DNA from: Bacteroides sp.
GTDB taxonomy: Bacteria; Bacteroidota; Bacteroidia; Bacteroidales; Muribaculaceae
Assembly: GCA_014802325.1 (NCBI GenBank)
Contig: JAAVCK010000017.1
Span: forward strand, 50,128-114,127
Direction: 5' to 3'
Length of the DNA: 64,000 nucleotides
Positions 8,250 through 16,817 of this stretch are shown one piece after another. A model generated the notes under the pieces. It worked only from the letters and a program-made list of their open reading frames with translations, ran no database searches and had not been told where the DNA came from. Position 1 is the stretch's first letter. Every line of letters begins with the position of its first letter. A program made the position numbers and the translations under genes.

Positions 8250-9620
8250 TTATTTTTCGAGGGGAGCGTCTACAAAACCGTCGGGCGCGGCTTGTTCGGC
8301 CACAGATGCTTTATCGCCGGCAGCGGGGCGCTTCTCCTTGAATATGATCATAAACATTATGGCCACGACCAGAGCGTAGGCGGCGAATATGGCCCAGCTT
8401 GTCTGCCAGCCGTGGAGGATAGCTTCGGGGTTATGCTGTATGGCCGGGTCATAGACGAGATTATTGACTACCACCGAGCCGGCAATGAGTGTACCCAGCG
8501 AAGCACCGATACCGTTGGTCATGAGCATGAACAGACCCTGAGCCGAACTGCGCTGAGCCGGAGGTGTCTGCGAGTCGACATACAGGCCACCCGATACATT
8601 GAAGAAGTCGAAGGCCACGCCGTAGACTATGCACGACATGATGAGGTAGCTCACGCCTGAGGGCGATGTATTGCCTATTGCGAAAAATCCGAAGCGGAGC
8701 ACCCAGGCAAACATGGCTATGAGCATCACGCCCTTGATGCCGTAGCGCTTGAGGCAGAAAGGAATGAGGAGTATGCACAGGGCCTCGGCGCACTGCGATA
8801 TGGAGATGAGAAATGTGGGGTTCTGAGCCCAGAATCCGCCTTCGTAGCCCGGCACGCTGTTGAACTGATATATGTAGCTTGAGCCGTAGCTGTTGGTGAT
8901 CTGAAGCGAAACACCGAGAAACATGCAGAATATGAAGAATATCGCCATCTCACGGCGCTTGAACAGGGCGAATGCCTTCACGCCCAGGCTGTCGGCCAGA
9001 GATTTGCCTGATGATTTCTTTACGGGGCAGTCGGGGAGAGTGAGGCAGTAGGCTGCAAGCACCAGACTGAGTGCTCCGGAGAGGTAAAACTGTGTGTAGC
9101 TGTGCTGAATCTCCACACCGCCGATCGATATGAAGTTGACAGCCAGTTCGGCCACTATGAAGCCCACGGTGCCGAACACTCGTATGGGCGGAAACTCTTT
9201 CACGGTGTCGAGCCGGTGCTGCTCAAGTACGTTGAAAGCCACGGAGTTGGACATGCCTATCGTGGGCATATAGAATGCTACCGATATGGCATAGAGGGTG
9301 AAGATGGAGGTAAACGGAAGTTGCTCGCCCGACACCGATGCCACGTAGCCGGTAGCTATCATGAATACACCGGCCAGCAGCTGGCAGAGGCTGAGTGTCT
9401 TCTGCGCCGGTATCCAGCGGTCGGCGATGATGCCTATGATAGCGGGCATGAATATCGACACGATACCCTGGGCGGTGTAGAACCAAAACACGTAGTTGCC
9501 GAGGCCGTGAGTGGCCAAATACATACCCATAGATATGAGATAGGCGCCCCAGATGGCGAACTCAAGAAAGTTCATCACCGTCAGGCGTGCTTTTATCTGA
9601 AACGGATTTGCAGGTGTCAT
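8250..9620 (-). CDS. MFS nucleoside:H+ symporter (NupG/XapB-like)
   Basis: About 12 hydrophobic segments; FLEFAIWGAY, IADRW, FPPIRVFGTVGFI, SQCAE, GVAFDFFN, SAQGLF..MTNG. Confidence 0.88.
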   Translation of the reverse strand: MTPANPFQIKARLTVMNFLEFAIWGAYLISMGMYLATHGLGNYVFWFYTAQGIVSIFMPAIIGIIADRWIPAQKTLSLCQLLAGVFMIATGYVASVSGEQLPFTSIFTLYAISVAFYMPTIGMSNSVAFNVLEQHRLDTVKEFPPIRVFGTVGFIVAELAVNFISIGGVEIQHSYTQFYLSGALSLVLAAYCLTLPDCPVKKSSGKSLADSLGVKAFALFKRREMAIFFIFCMFLGVSLQITNSYGSSYIYQFNSVPGYEGGFWAQNPTFLISISQCAEALCILLIPFCLKRYGIKGVMLIAMFAWVLRFGFFAIGNTSPSGVSYLIMSCIVYGVAFDFFNVSGGLYVDSQTPPAQRSSAQGLFMLMTNGIGASLGTLIAGSVVVNNLVYDPAIQHNPEAILHGWQTSWAIFAAYALVVAIMFMIIFKEKRPAAGDKASVAEQAAPDGFVDAPLEK

Positions 9621-9664
9621 AGCGTAATAAACAGTTGAAAAGTGGTATTGAAATGAATTTAAGG

Positions 9665-10378
9665 TTAGTCAGCAGTTTGTGGGTCAGCGTCGTTATCGCG
9701 TTGCTCACGCTTGCGGCGGAGTATGGCCATCACGCGGGCGGCTTCTTCATATTCCTCGCGCTCGGTGAGGCGGGCTATGGTGCGCTCAAGTTCCTCGATG
9801 GCATAATTTTCGAGTTTTGGCTCGCGGATATACGACGATACCTCTTCTTCCTCCTCCTGCTCCATGCCGGGAGCGAGGGCGTCGTCATCGTCGCTATCGT
9901 CATATGAGCCGAAATCATCGTCACCATCCTCATCGTCGTCACCGGCTTCGGCATTCTCGCCCTCGACTTCGAGCAGAAAACCGGTCTTGTCGAGGATTTC
10001 CTGAGTGGTGTAGATGGGCGATCCGGTGCGCATGGCTATGGCTATGCCGTCGCTGGTGCGGGCGTCGATCACCACGGTGCGGTCGCCGTCGGTGAAGGTC
10101 AGCTCACACGAAAATATTCCGTCTTCAAACTTGTAAATGAAAGCCTCCTTGAGCTTGACGCCAAACGTGTGGGCAAACGATACGAAGAGGTCGTGGGTCA
10201 TAGGGCGAGGAGGCTTGATGCTCTCCATGGCCATGGCTATTGACTGTGCCTCGGCCGGGCCTATCACCACCGGTATGCGGTAAGGGCCGTTGACCTGCGC
10301 CAGTATGAGAGCGTAGGCGCCCTGCTGAATCTGGCTGTAGGAGAGTCCGAGTACTTTCAATCTTATTCGTTGTTCCAT
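9665..10378 (-). CDS. Bifunctional nuclease (DUF151/BFN) domain protein with acidic linker and C-terminal UVR-like helix pair
   Basis: IGPAEAQSI, RPMTHDL, DARTSDGIAIA motifs; C-terminal ELERTIARLTEREEYEEAARV resembles the UvrB/C motif. Confidence 0.88.
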   Translation of the reverse strand: MEQRIRLKVLGLSYSQIQQGAYALILAQVNGPYRIPVVIGPAEAQSIAMAMESIKPPRPMTHDLFVSFAHTFGVKLKEAFIYKFEDGIFSCELTFTDGDRTVVIDARTSDGIAIAMRTGSPIYTTQEILDKTGFLLEVEGENAEAGDDDEDGDDDFGSYDDSDDDDALAPGMEQEEEEEVSSYIREPKLENYAIEELERTIARLTEREEYEEAARVMAILRRKREQRDNDADPQTAD

Positions 10379-10403
10379 ATATATTATATATGTGGTGAGA
10401 GAC

Positions 10404-11492
10404 TTAAATATTGATGTTGCCTCCCGTGATCACACCGCTGCCCAGGCACACGGTCTTTTCGGGATTGTATATCACGCCGAATTGGCCCGGGGCTATGCCC
10501 TGAACCTTTACGGCAGAGGAGATTACATATTCATGTTCTGTGCCGTGCACTCGCGATAGGGTGGCGGGCATGAACTCGGGTGTGTGGCGGTTTTTAAACG
10601 TGATGGCTACGTTGTCACATTCTTCGGGCCACGGATTGCGGGTGATCCAGTGCATTTCGGCCAAATGGAGTGTGTGGCCATACTGCTTTTCGGTGTCATA
10701 GCCCCGCGACACGTATATCACATTGTCGTGAACGTTTTTTCTGACCACATACCATGGGCCTCCCGACAGGCCGAGGCCTTTGCGCTGACCTATGGTGTGA
10801 AACCAAAATCCGCGGTGCTCGCCCAGCTTGCGGCCTGTTTCGAGTTCCACTATCGCACCGGGGCGCTCGCCGAGATAGCGGCGTATGAAGTCGTTGTAAT
10901 TTATCTTGCCGAGGAAGCATATGCCCTGACTGTCGCGGCGGAAAGCGTTGGGCATATTGGTCTCGATGGCTATTTCCCTTACGCGAGCCTTGGGCAGATC
11001 GCCTATGGGAAACATCAGATGCGAAAGCTGGTCGTAGGAAATCTGAGCGAGAAAGTCGGTCTGATCCTTTACCGGATCTACGGCTGTGCCAAGATACACC
11101 AGTCCGTCACTACCCTCCACTGTCGTGGCATAGTGGCCGGTGGCGGTGCGGTCAAACTCATGTCCCCAGCGCTGCTCGAAAAATCCGAACTTTATCATCT
11201 TGTTGCACATCAGGTCAGGGTTGGGCGTAAGACCTTCCTTCACGGTGCGGAGCGCATAGTCCATCACATTGTCCCAATATTCCTGATGGAGAGATACCAC
11301 GTCAAAGGGCAGTCCGTAGCGGCGGGCTATGAAGGTGCACATCTCTATGTCTTCATCGGCCGCGCAGTCACCCTCGCCGTTGTCAAGACCTATGCGTATA
11401 TAAAAGAGATGCAGGTCATGTCCTTGCTCCAGAAGCCGGTGCACGGCCACGGCGCTGTCTACGCCGCCTGATATGAGTACAGCTATCTTCAT
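10404..11492 (-). CDS. mnmA: tRNA 2-thiouridine(34) synthase
   Basis: SGGVDS PP-loop, [43 protein letters not shown]. Confidence 0.96.
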   Translation of the reverse strand: MKIAVLISGGVDSAVAVHRLLEQGHDLHLFYIRIGLDNGEGDCAADEDIEMCTFIARRYGLPFDVVSLHQEYWDNVMDYALRTVKEGLTPNPDLMCNKMIKFGFFEQRWGHEFDRTATGHYATTVEGSDGLVYLGTAVDPVKDQTDFLAQISYDQLSHLMFPIGDLPKARVREIAIETNMPNAFRRDSQGICFLGKINYNDFIRRYLGERPGAIVELETGRKLGEHRGFWFHTIGQRKGLGLSGGPWYVVRKNVHDNVIYVSRGYDTEKQYGHTLHLAEMHWITRNPWPEECDNVAITFKNRHTPEFMPATLSRVHGTEHEYVISSAVKVQGIAPGQFGVIYNPEKTVCLGSGVITGGNINI

Positions 11493-12001
11493 TATACTTC
11501 TTCGAGAACTTCTTCTTCCGACTTGCCGTTGCGGTCGATGATATAAAGTGATATGAAATAGTCAAGCGATATCTTGCCCGGGCCTACTATAAGGAGAAAC
11601 AGGTATATGCCGATAAACATGATGGGCAGATAGCCGGGATCGGTGCTGTCAAGACCGTGGACGGGCAGCTGCGGCACCATATCGTGGAGTATGTAATATT
11701 CGGCCGCTATCATTGCCACCATGGGCGGAATCACACTCATGCGTGTCAGGAATCCCACCATGATGAGCAGCGAGCATCCGAGCTCTATTATTATCATGAT
11801 GATCAGCGAGCACATGGGCGACATGTTGAGCACCGTGGGAAAGTCGGTGCACAGCATATTGAAATTCACCAGATGCCTGATGCCGAACTGCATCATCATC
11901 ACGCCCACAAACAGTCGCAGAAACAGTCGGCCCATATTCGGAAAACTGCGTCCGATGGAGTTGAGATAGAGATTTACTATCGAGTTGAGAAAACCTTTCA
12001 T
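11492..12001 (-). CDS. DoxX family membrane protein
   Basis: LFLRLFVG...[16 protein letters not shown]...GPGKISLDY pattern. Confidence 0.85.
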   Translation of the reverse strand: MKGFLNSIVNLYLNSIGRSFPNMGRLFLRLFVGVMMMQFGIRHLVNFNMLCTDFPTVLNMSPMCSLIIMIIIELGCSLLIMVGFLTRMSVIPPMVAMIAAEYYILHDMVPQLPVHGLDSTDPGYLPIMFIGIYLFLLIVGPGKISLDYFISLYIIDRNGKSEEEVLEEV

Positions 12002-12033
12002 GTCTGTGAATAGATAAATCGGATGGAAAGAGA

Positions 12034-12918
12034 TTATCGTTTCTTAAGCTGTCGCATGATATCGAGCACCTGATTTATATCGAGATGCTTGAAGCGGATC
12101 TTGCCGTTGCGGTCGAGGATGTAAAACACGGGCATGTCGCCGCGAAGGTCGAGAGTCATGTCAATGTCGGGCGATGCACCCACGCTCCACTCGGCGGGAT
12201 AGCTTTCCACCTCGGAGCGCCACTTGTCGTCAGGGTCGGCCGGAGTCACAGCCACTATTTTAAGCACACCCTCGTTGATGAGTTCGCGTGTGTTCACGTC
12301 GGCCGAGAGGCGCACGCGAGCCATGCGACACGACGAGCAGTCGGGATCGTTGACATACAGGAGCACCACTTGAGCCGAATCTTTCGCCACGTCGCCCTGC
12401 GTACCGTCAGGACGGGTGTAGGGTATCGAGGGAATCTTATGTCCGGGCAGCGAATTGGCAAGCACTTCGGCCTGCTGGCGGAAGCGAGCTTTGTAGGCTT
12501 TCTGTATGCGCTTGTTGTTGACCACGGCGCGGGCAAACGGTATGTAGAGCTCGTCGGCCCACACTTTAGCCGTGTCGCTATACAGTTCGGCCTCGGCTAT
12601 CTCGGCAAGATACAGCAGGTCGTCGGGCTGCTTGTCGAGCCGACGGGCGAAGGTCTCTATGGCAGCGGTGGCTGAGTCGGGAGTGGCAAGCTGAAGTATC
12701 TCAAGATAACCGCGAAATTCATCGGCTACGCGTGCGCGCGACGAAAAAGCCTTTTTTAAGTCGCAGAAATCCCAGAAATGGCGGGCCTGATAGTCACATC
12801 GTCCGGTGAGAGTGGTGATACTGTCGGGCACTATCGGATACTGAAACAGTCCGTCGGCCTTGGCGCCAAATATCCCGGCAAGTATTGAGAAGAGCAATAA
12901 TATGCGGCGTATTTTCAT
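12034..12918 (-). CDS. DUF5106-like exported protein with C-terminal thioredoxin-like fold
   Basis: Signal peptide; HFWD motif; LYVNDPDCSSC (CxxC) and C-terminal thioredoxin-like strands. Confidence 0.75.
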   Translation of the reverse strand: MKIRRILLLFSILAGIFGAKADGLFQYPIVPDSITTLTGRCDYQARHFWDFCDLKKAFSSRARVADEFRGYLEILQLATPDSATAAIETFARRLDKQPDDLLYLAEIAEAELYSDTAKVWADELYIPFARAVVNNKRIQKAYKARFRQQAEVLANSLPGHKIPSIPYTRPDGTQGDVAKDSAQVVLLYVNDPDCSSCRMARVRLSADVNTRELINEGVLKIVAVTPADPDDKWRSEVESYPAEWSVGASPDIDMTLDLRGDMPVFYILDRNGKIRFKHLDINQVLDIMRQLKKR

Positions 12919-12948
12919 GATTGAATGCGTTAATTGGAAATTTAACTA

Positions 12949-12956
12949 CAAAGATA
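12949..12956 (-). promoter_or_regulatory. Bacteroidota sigmaA -7 box TATCTTTG driving the leftward run
   Basis: CAAAGATA on +, 30 bp upstream of the ATG at 12918. Confidence 0.7.
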
Positions 12957-12999
12957 GTGAAAAATCCTGAGATTTTGCTGTAAAGAAGAGGATTCTTTT

Positions 13000-13055
13000 T
13001 GATTCATGATTTATGATTCATGATTTATGATTCATGATTCATGATTTATGATTTA
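13000..13055. repeat. Heptamer tandem array TGATT(C/T)A x8
   Basis: Units in order: tgattca, tgattta, tgattca, tgattta, tgattca, tgattca, tgattta, tgattta. Confidence 0.95.
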
Positions 13056-13144
13056 GTTCGGTTAACGCTGTTTCGGGGCGCAAGAGCCGCGGGGCGGCGA
13101 TGTCGTGATAGTGGTTTAGTCGCAGTCACGCGCCTGCCGCTGCC

Positions 13145-13169
13145 GGGCGCTCCTGTGTAGCGCCCCTAC
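13145..13169 (-). repeat. GTAG-type REP-like hairpin
   Basis: Minus strand reads GTAG-GGGCGCT-ACACAGG-AGCGCCC: a GTAG tetranucleotide followed directly by a 7-bp stem. Only one copy was seen. Confidence 0.45.
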
Positions 13170-13253
13170 AGAATATGCAAAAACGTGTGTCAGCGCTGCG
13201 AATCTTTATTTTCCCTTTCAAAAATAAATTGAGCGATATTCGAAGAAATTTAG

Positions 13254-13261
13254 TATCTTTG
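13254..13261 (+). promoter_or_regulatory. -7 box TATCTTTG for yqeY-serS
   Basis: Exact TAnnTTTG 28 bp upstream of ATG 13290; supports the shorter start. Confidence 0.7.
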
Positions 13262-13289
13262 CGGATTGAAACACTCAACCAATGTGACT

Positions 13290-13742
13290 ATGGATCTTTT
13301 TGACAGAATATCGGCCGACATCAAGGCGGCCATGCTGGCCCGCGAGAAAGTGCGCCTCGAAACACTCCGCGGCATCAAGAAAGAATTTATCGAAGCCAAG
13401 ACTGCCGAGGGCAGCGACGGCACTCTGCCTGACGCACAGGCTCTTAAAATCCTCGCCAAGATGGCAAAGCAGCGCCGCGCCACAGCCCAGATCTACGACG
13501 AGCAAAACCGTATGGATCTGCGCGACAATGAGCTGGCCGAAGCTGCCGTGATAGAGGAATATCTCCCCAAACCCCTTACCGACGAAGAGCTCACCACCGC
13601 TGTGGCTCAGATTATAGAGCGCACCGGTGCCACCTCGATGAAGGAAATGGGCAAGGTGATGGGCATAGCTTCTAAGGAACTCTCAGGTAAGGCCGACGGA
13701 GCTGCAATATCAAAGAAAGTGAAGGAACTCCTCAACGCTTAA
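13290..13742 (+). CDS. GatB/YqeY domain protein
   Basis: MDLFDRISADIKAAMLAREK...KQRR...E.AVIEEYLPK...GATSMKEMGKVMG...GKADG. Start set at ATG 13290, downstream of the promoter box. Confidence 0.92.
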   Translation: MDLFDRISADIKAAMLAREKVRLETLRGIKKEFIEAKTAEGSDGTLPDAQALKILAKMAKQRRATAQIYDEQNRMDLRDNELAEAAVIEEYLPKPLTDEELTTAVAQIIERTGATSMKEMGKVMGIASKELSGKADGAAISKKVKELLNA

Positions 13743-13760
13743 AAATCATAATACAGCACA

Positions 13761-15032
13761 ATGCTTACTCTGCAACAAATCAAGGAAAATCCCGCCCACA
13801 TCGTGGAGCGCCTTGCCGTGAAAGGATTTGACGGCAAAGAGGTGATAGACAATATACTGGAACTCGACACTCAGCGCCGCTCGCTCCAGCATGATAATGA
13901 CGGCCGCGCCGCCGAACTCAAGAAGTATGCCGACTCGATAGGCCGACTGATGAAGGAAGGCAAACGCGACGAGGCCGAGCAGGCCAAGGCCGAGGTGGCT
14001 CGTCTGAAAGAAGAGCAGAAGGCTATAGCCGACCGTCTGGAAGAGGTGGAGCGCCGTTCGCTCGAATTGCTTCTGACTGTGCCCAATATCCCCTGCTCAG
14101 CTGTGCCCGAAGGCCGTACCGCTGCCGACAATGTGGTGGAAAAGACCGGTGGCCCGATGCCCGATCTGCCCGCCGATGCTCTCTGCCATTGGGATCTGGC
14201 CAAGAAATATAATCTTATCGACTTTGACCTGGGTGTGAAGATCACCGGTGCAGGTTTCCCTGTATATATAGGTAAGGGTGCGCAGCTTCAGCGCGCGCTC
14301 ATACAGTTTTTCCTCGATGAGGCCGGCAAGGCGGGCTATCTTGAGATCCAGCCTCCTTACGTGGTCAACGAGGCTTCGGGCTACGGCACAGGCCAGCTTC
14401 CCGATAAGGAAGGTCAGATGTATTTCATCAATGAGGATCGCCTCTATCTGATCCCCACCGCCGAAGTGCCCGTGACCAACATATATCGCGACGTGATCAT
14501 AGCCGGCGAGGATCTGCCCAAGAAAAACTGCGCTTACTCGGCATGTTTCCGCCGCGAGGCCGGAAGCTACGGCAAGGATGTGCGCGGCCTTAACCGCCTC
14601 CATCAGTTTGACAAGGTGGAGATAGTGCGCATAGAGAAGCCTGAAAACTCCTACGCCGCACTTGAGGAGATGAAAGATCATGTGCAGGGACTGCTCGAAA
14701 AACTCGGACTGCCCTGGCATATACTCCGTCTGTGTGGCGGCGACATGAGTTTCACCTCAGCCATTACATTTGACTTCGAGGTATATTCGGCAGCCCAGAA
14801 GCGCTGGCTCGAAGTATCGTCGGTGTCAAACTTCGAGACCTATCAGGCCAACCGACTGAAATGCCGTTACCGTGGCGAAGACAAGAAAACCCACCTATGC
14901 CATACACTCAACGGTTCGGCACTCGCGCTGCCCCGTATAGTGGCCGCACTGCTCGAAAACAATCAGACCCCCGAGGGTATCGTGGTGCCCGAATGTCTGC
15001 GCCGCTACACCGGATTTGACATCATCAACTGA
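13761..15032 (+). CDS. serS: Serine-tRNA ligase
   Basis: N-terminal coiled coil; LIPTAEVP, FRREAGSYG, GLNRLHQFDKVE, EVSSVSNF, TLNGSALALPR. Confidence 0.98.
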   Translation: MLTLQQIKENPAHIVERLAVKGFDGKEVIDNILELDTQRRSLQHDNDGRAAELKKYADSIGRLMKEGKRDEAEQAKAEVARLKEEQKAIADRLEEVERRSLELLLTVPNIPCSAVPEGRTAADNVVEKTGGPMPDLPADALCHWDLAKKYNLIDFDLGVKITGAGFPVYIGKGAQLQRALIQFFLDEAGKAGYLEIQPPYVVNEASGYGTGQLPDKEGQMYFINEDRLYLIPTAEVPVTNIYRDVIIAGEDLPKKNCAYSACFRREAGSYGKDVRGLNRLHQFDKVEIVRIEKPENSYAALEEMKDHVQGLLEKLGLPWHILRLCGGDMSFTSAITFDFEVYSAAQKRWLEVSSVSNFETYQANRLKCRYRGEDKKTHLCHTLNGSALALPRIVAALLENNQTPEGIVVPECLRRYTGFDIIN

Positions 15033-15063
15033 CGGACTGCCGTAAAGTAATCTGACACAATAC

Positions 15064-15120
15064 AACGACGTTGCAGCCCAGCCGAAAGAACTATTTCAGC
15101 CGCTGCAACGTTGTTTTCTT
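15064..15120 (+). terminator. Inverted repeat after serS, possible terminator
   Basis: AACGACGTTGCAGC (15064-15077) pairs with GCTGCAACGTTGTT (15102-15115) with one mismatch, followed by TTCTT; the loop is unusually long (24 nt). Confidence 0.5.
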
Positions 15121-15193
15121 AGAACACCCCGCAGGGGGCCACGAAAAGAAAACTAACAGTCAACATCAATTCTAAAAAAATCAGAAATTACTT

Positions 15194-15532
15194 ATGGAAT
15201 CAACCCGTCAAGCTAAAATATCGCGATTGCTGCAGAAAGAATTAAGTGAAATCTTCCGCACGCAGACCGCCAAGACCCACGGCACTATAGTGTCGGTGAG
15301 CGCCGTACGTGTGTCGCCCGACCTTTCGATAGCCAAGGCCTATCTATCAATATTCCCGTCAGAAAAATCGCAGGAAGTGCTCGAAAGCATCAAGCGGAGC
15401 GCCAAGACCATACGCTATGAACTCGCGCAGAAAGTGAGATTCCAGCTCCGCAAGACGCCCGAACTCTCGTTTTATATCGACGACTCGCTCGATTATCTCG
15501 AGAACATCGACCGCCTGCTCGAAGAGAAATAA
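15194..15532 (+). CDS. rbfA: 30S ribosome-binding factor A
   Basis: RQAKISRLLQKELSEIF, VRVSPDLSIAKAYLS, LRKTPELSFYIDDSL. Confidence 0.96.
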   Translation: MESTRQAKISRLLQKELSEIFRTQTAKTHGTIVSVSAVRVSPDLSIAKAYLSIFPSEKSQEVLESIKRSAKTIRYELAQKVRFQLRKTPELSFYIDDSLDYLENIDRLLEEK

Positions 15533-16759
15533 ATGCTCTCACTGAGAATAGCCCTCCGATACCTTTTCGCAAAAAAGAGCCACAGCGCTGTCAATGTGAT
15601 ATCCCTCGTGTCCATGGCCGGAGTGGCCGTGGCCGCGATGGCCATGATATGCGTGCTGTCGGTATTCAATGGCTTTTCTCATCTTGCACAGTCGCGTCTG
15701 TCGCTCGTCGACGCGCCTCTGCGGCTCACATCGGCCCGCGGCGCGGTGATAGAGAATGCCGACTCGCTGGCCGAAGTACTGGCATCGCTGCCGGGTGTCG
15801 GCGCGGTGTGCCGTGTAGTCGAGGGGCAGGCTATGGCGATAGCCGGCGACAAGCAGGTGCCTGTGATAATCCACGGCGTGCCTGACGATTACGGCCGTGT
15901 GTCGGACATAGCCTCTACGCTTATCGACGGCGAGATACGCCCTTCCGACGAGTTGGCTGACTACGCCACTCTCAGTGTGGGACTTGCTCTTGCACTCGAT
16001 GTGCGCCCGTCATACAACAGCCTTGTGCGCCTGCTCGTGCCCCGCCGCACCGGGCGCATCAATCCCGCAGCCCCTCTGGCATCGTTTCGCTCCGACACTC
16101 TCGTGGTGAGCGGAGTCTACGAGACTGACCAGCAGGAATATGATGCCGAACGACTCTTCATGCCGCTTGACCGTGCGCGCCGTCTGCTCGACTACACCAC
16201 TCAGGCCACGGCTATCGACATAGCTCCGGCCGAGGACGCTTCGGAAGCCGAAGTGGCGGCCGCTTTGGGTAGAGCCGCGGGAGAACAATACTGTGTGGCC
16301 GACCGCCTGGAGCAGGAGGAGACCTCTTTCAGGATGATCAATGTGGAGAAATGGGTCACTTTCCTCATGCTTGTGTTCATACTTGTCATGGCCTCATTTA
16401 ATATCCTCTCCACCATGTCGATGCTGATCATAGAGAAGCGACGCGGCATAGCTCTGCTTTCGGCCATAGGTGCCCCGGGGGGTATGATAAAACGCATATT
16501 CCTTGCGCAGGGATTTCTTGTGGCGGCAGTGGGAGGTATGGCCGGACTGGTAGCCGGAGTAATCCTGGTGCTTCTTCAGCAGCACTTCGGATTCATAGAA
16601 CTTGGCGGCGACCACTCCCAGATGTCGATAACCACCTATCCCGTGCGCCTCATGGGCGGCGACGTGGCGGTGGTGGCCGGAATAATAGCCGTGATAGGGC
16701 TTGCGGCAGGAGCCATATCGTCATGGCGTCTTGACACACGCCCATCGGTAAATACCTGA
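15533..16759 (+). CDS. LolC/E (FtsX-like) ABC transporter permease, lipoprotein-releasing type
   Basis: IALRYLFAKK...VLSVFNGF, MacB-like periplasmic region, ASFNILSTMSMLIIEKRR.I..L.AIG, YPV motif. Confidence 0.88.
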   Translation: MLSLRIALRYLFAKKSHSAVNVISLVSMAGVAVAAMAMICVLSVFNGFSHLAQSRLSLVDAPLRLTSARGAVIENADSLAEVLASLPGVGAVCRVVEGQAMAIAGDKQVPVIIHGVPDDYGRVSDIASTLIDGEIRPSDELADYATLSVGLALALDVRPSYNSLVRLLVPRRTGRINPAAPLASFRSDTLVVSGVYETDQQEYDAERLFMPLDRARRLLDYTTQATAIDIAPAEDASEAEVAAALGRAAGEQYCVADRLEQEETSFRMINVEKWVTFLMLVFILVMASFNILSTMSMLIIEKRRGIALLSAIGAPGGMIKRIFLAQGFLVAAVGGMAGLVAGVILVLLQQHFGFIELGGDHSQMSITTYPVRLMGGDVAVVAGIIAVIGLAAGAISSWRLDTRPSVNT

Positions 16760-16800
16760 ATATACAATCACAGTCAAATATACATATCAATATACATATC
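16759..16800 (+). repeat. Direct repeats AATATACATATC x2 plus one degenerate copy upstream of the prolyl oligopeptidase
   Basis: 16777-16788 equals 16789-16800; AATATACAATCA at 16759-16770. Confidence 0.8.
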
Positions 16801-16817
16801 AAGTAACTATTTTTTTT

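Noticed and set aside
833-12675. Many long + strand ORFs opposite the leftward run (for example 5136-6389, 7513-8379, 10584-11471)
   Set aside because: They lie wholly antisense to well-supported genes, lack motifs, and show the V/G/H/D-rich composition typical of reverse-frame shadows in GC3-rich genes.
13000-13055. Possible CRISPR array
   Set aside because: 7-bp units with no spacers and no cas genes; it is a simple tandem repeat.
15033-15193. Possible tRNA or T-box near serS
   Set aside because: No cloverleaf, T-arm GTTCGA or T-box motif is visible; only an inverted repeat downstream of the gene.
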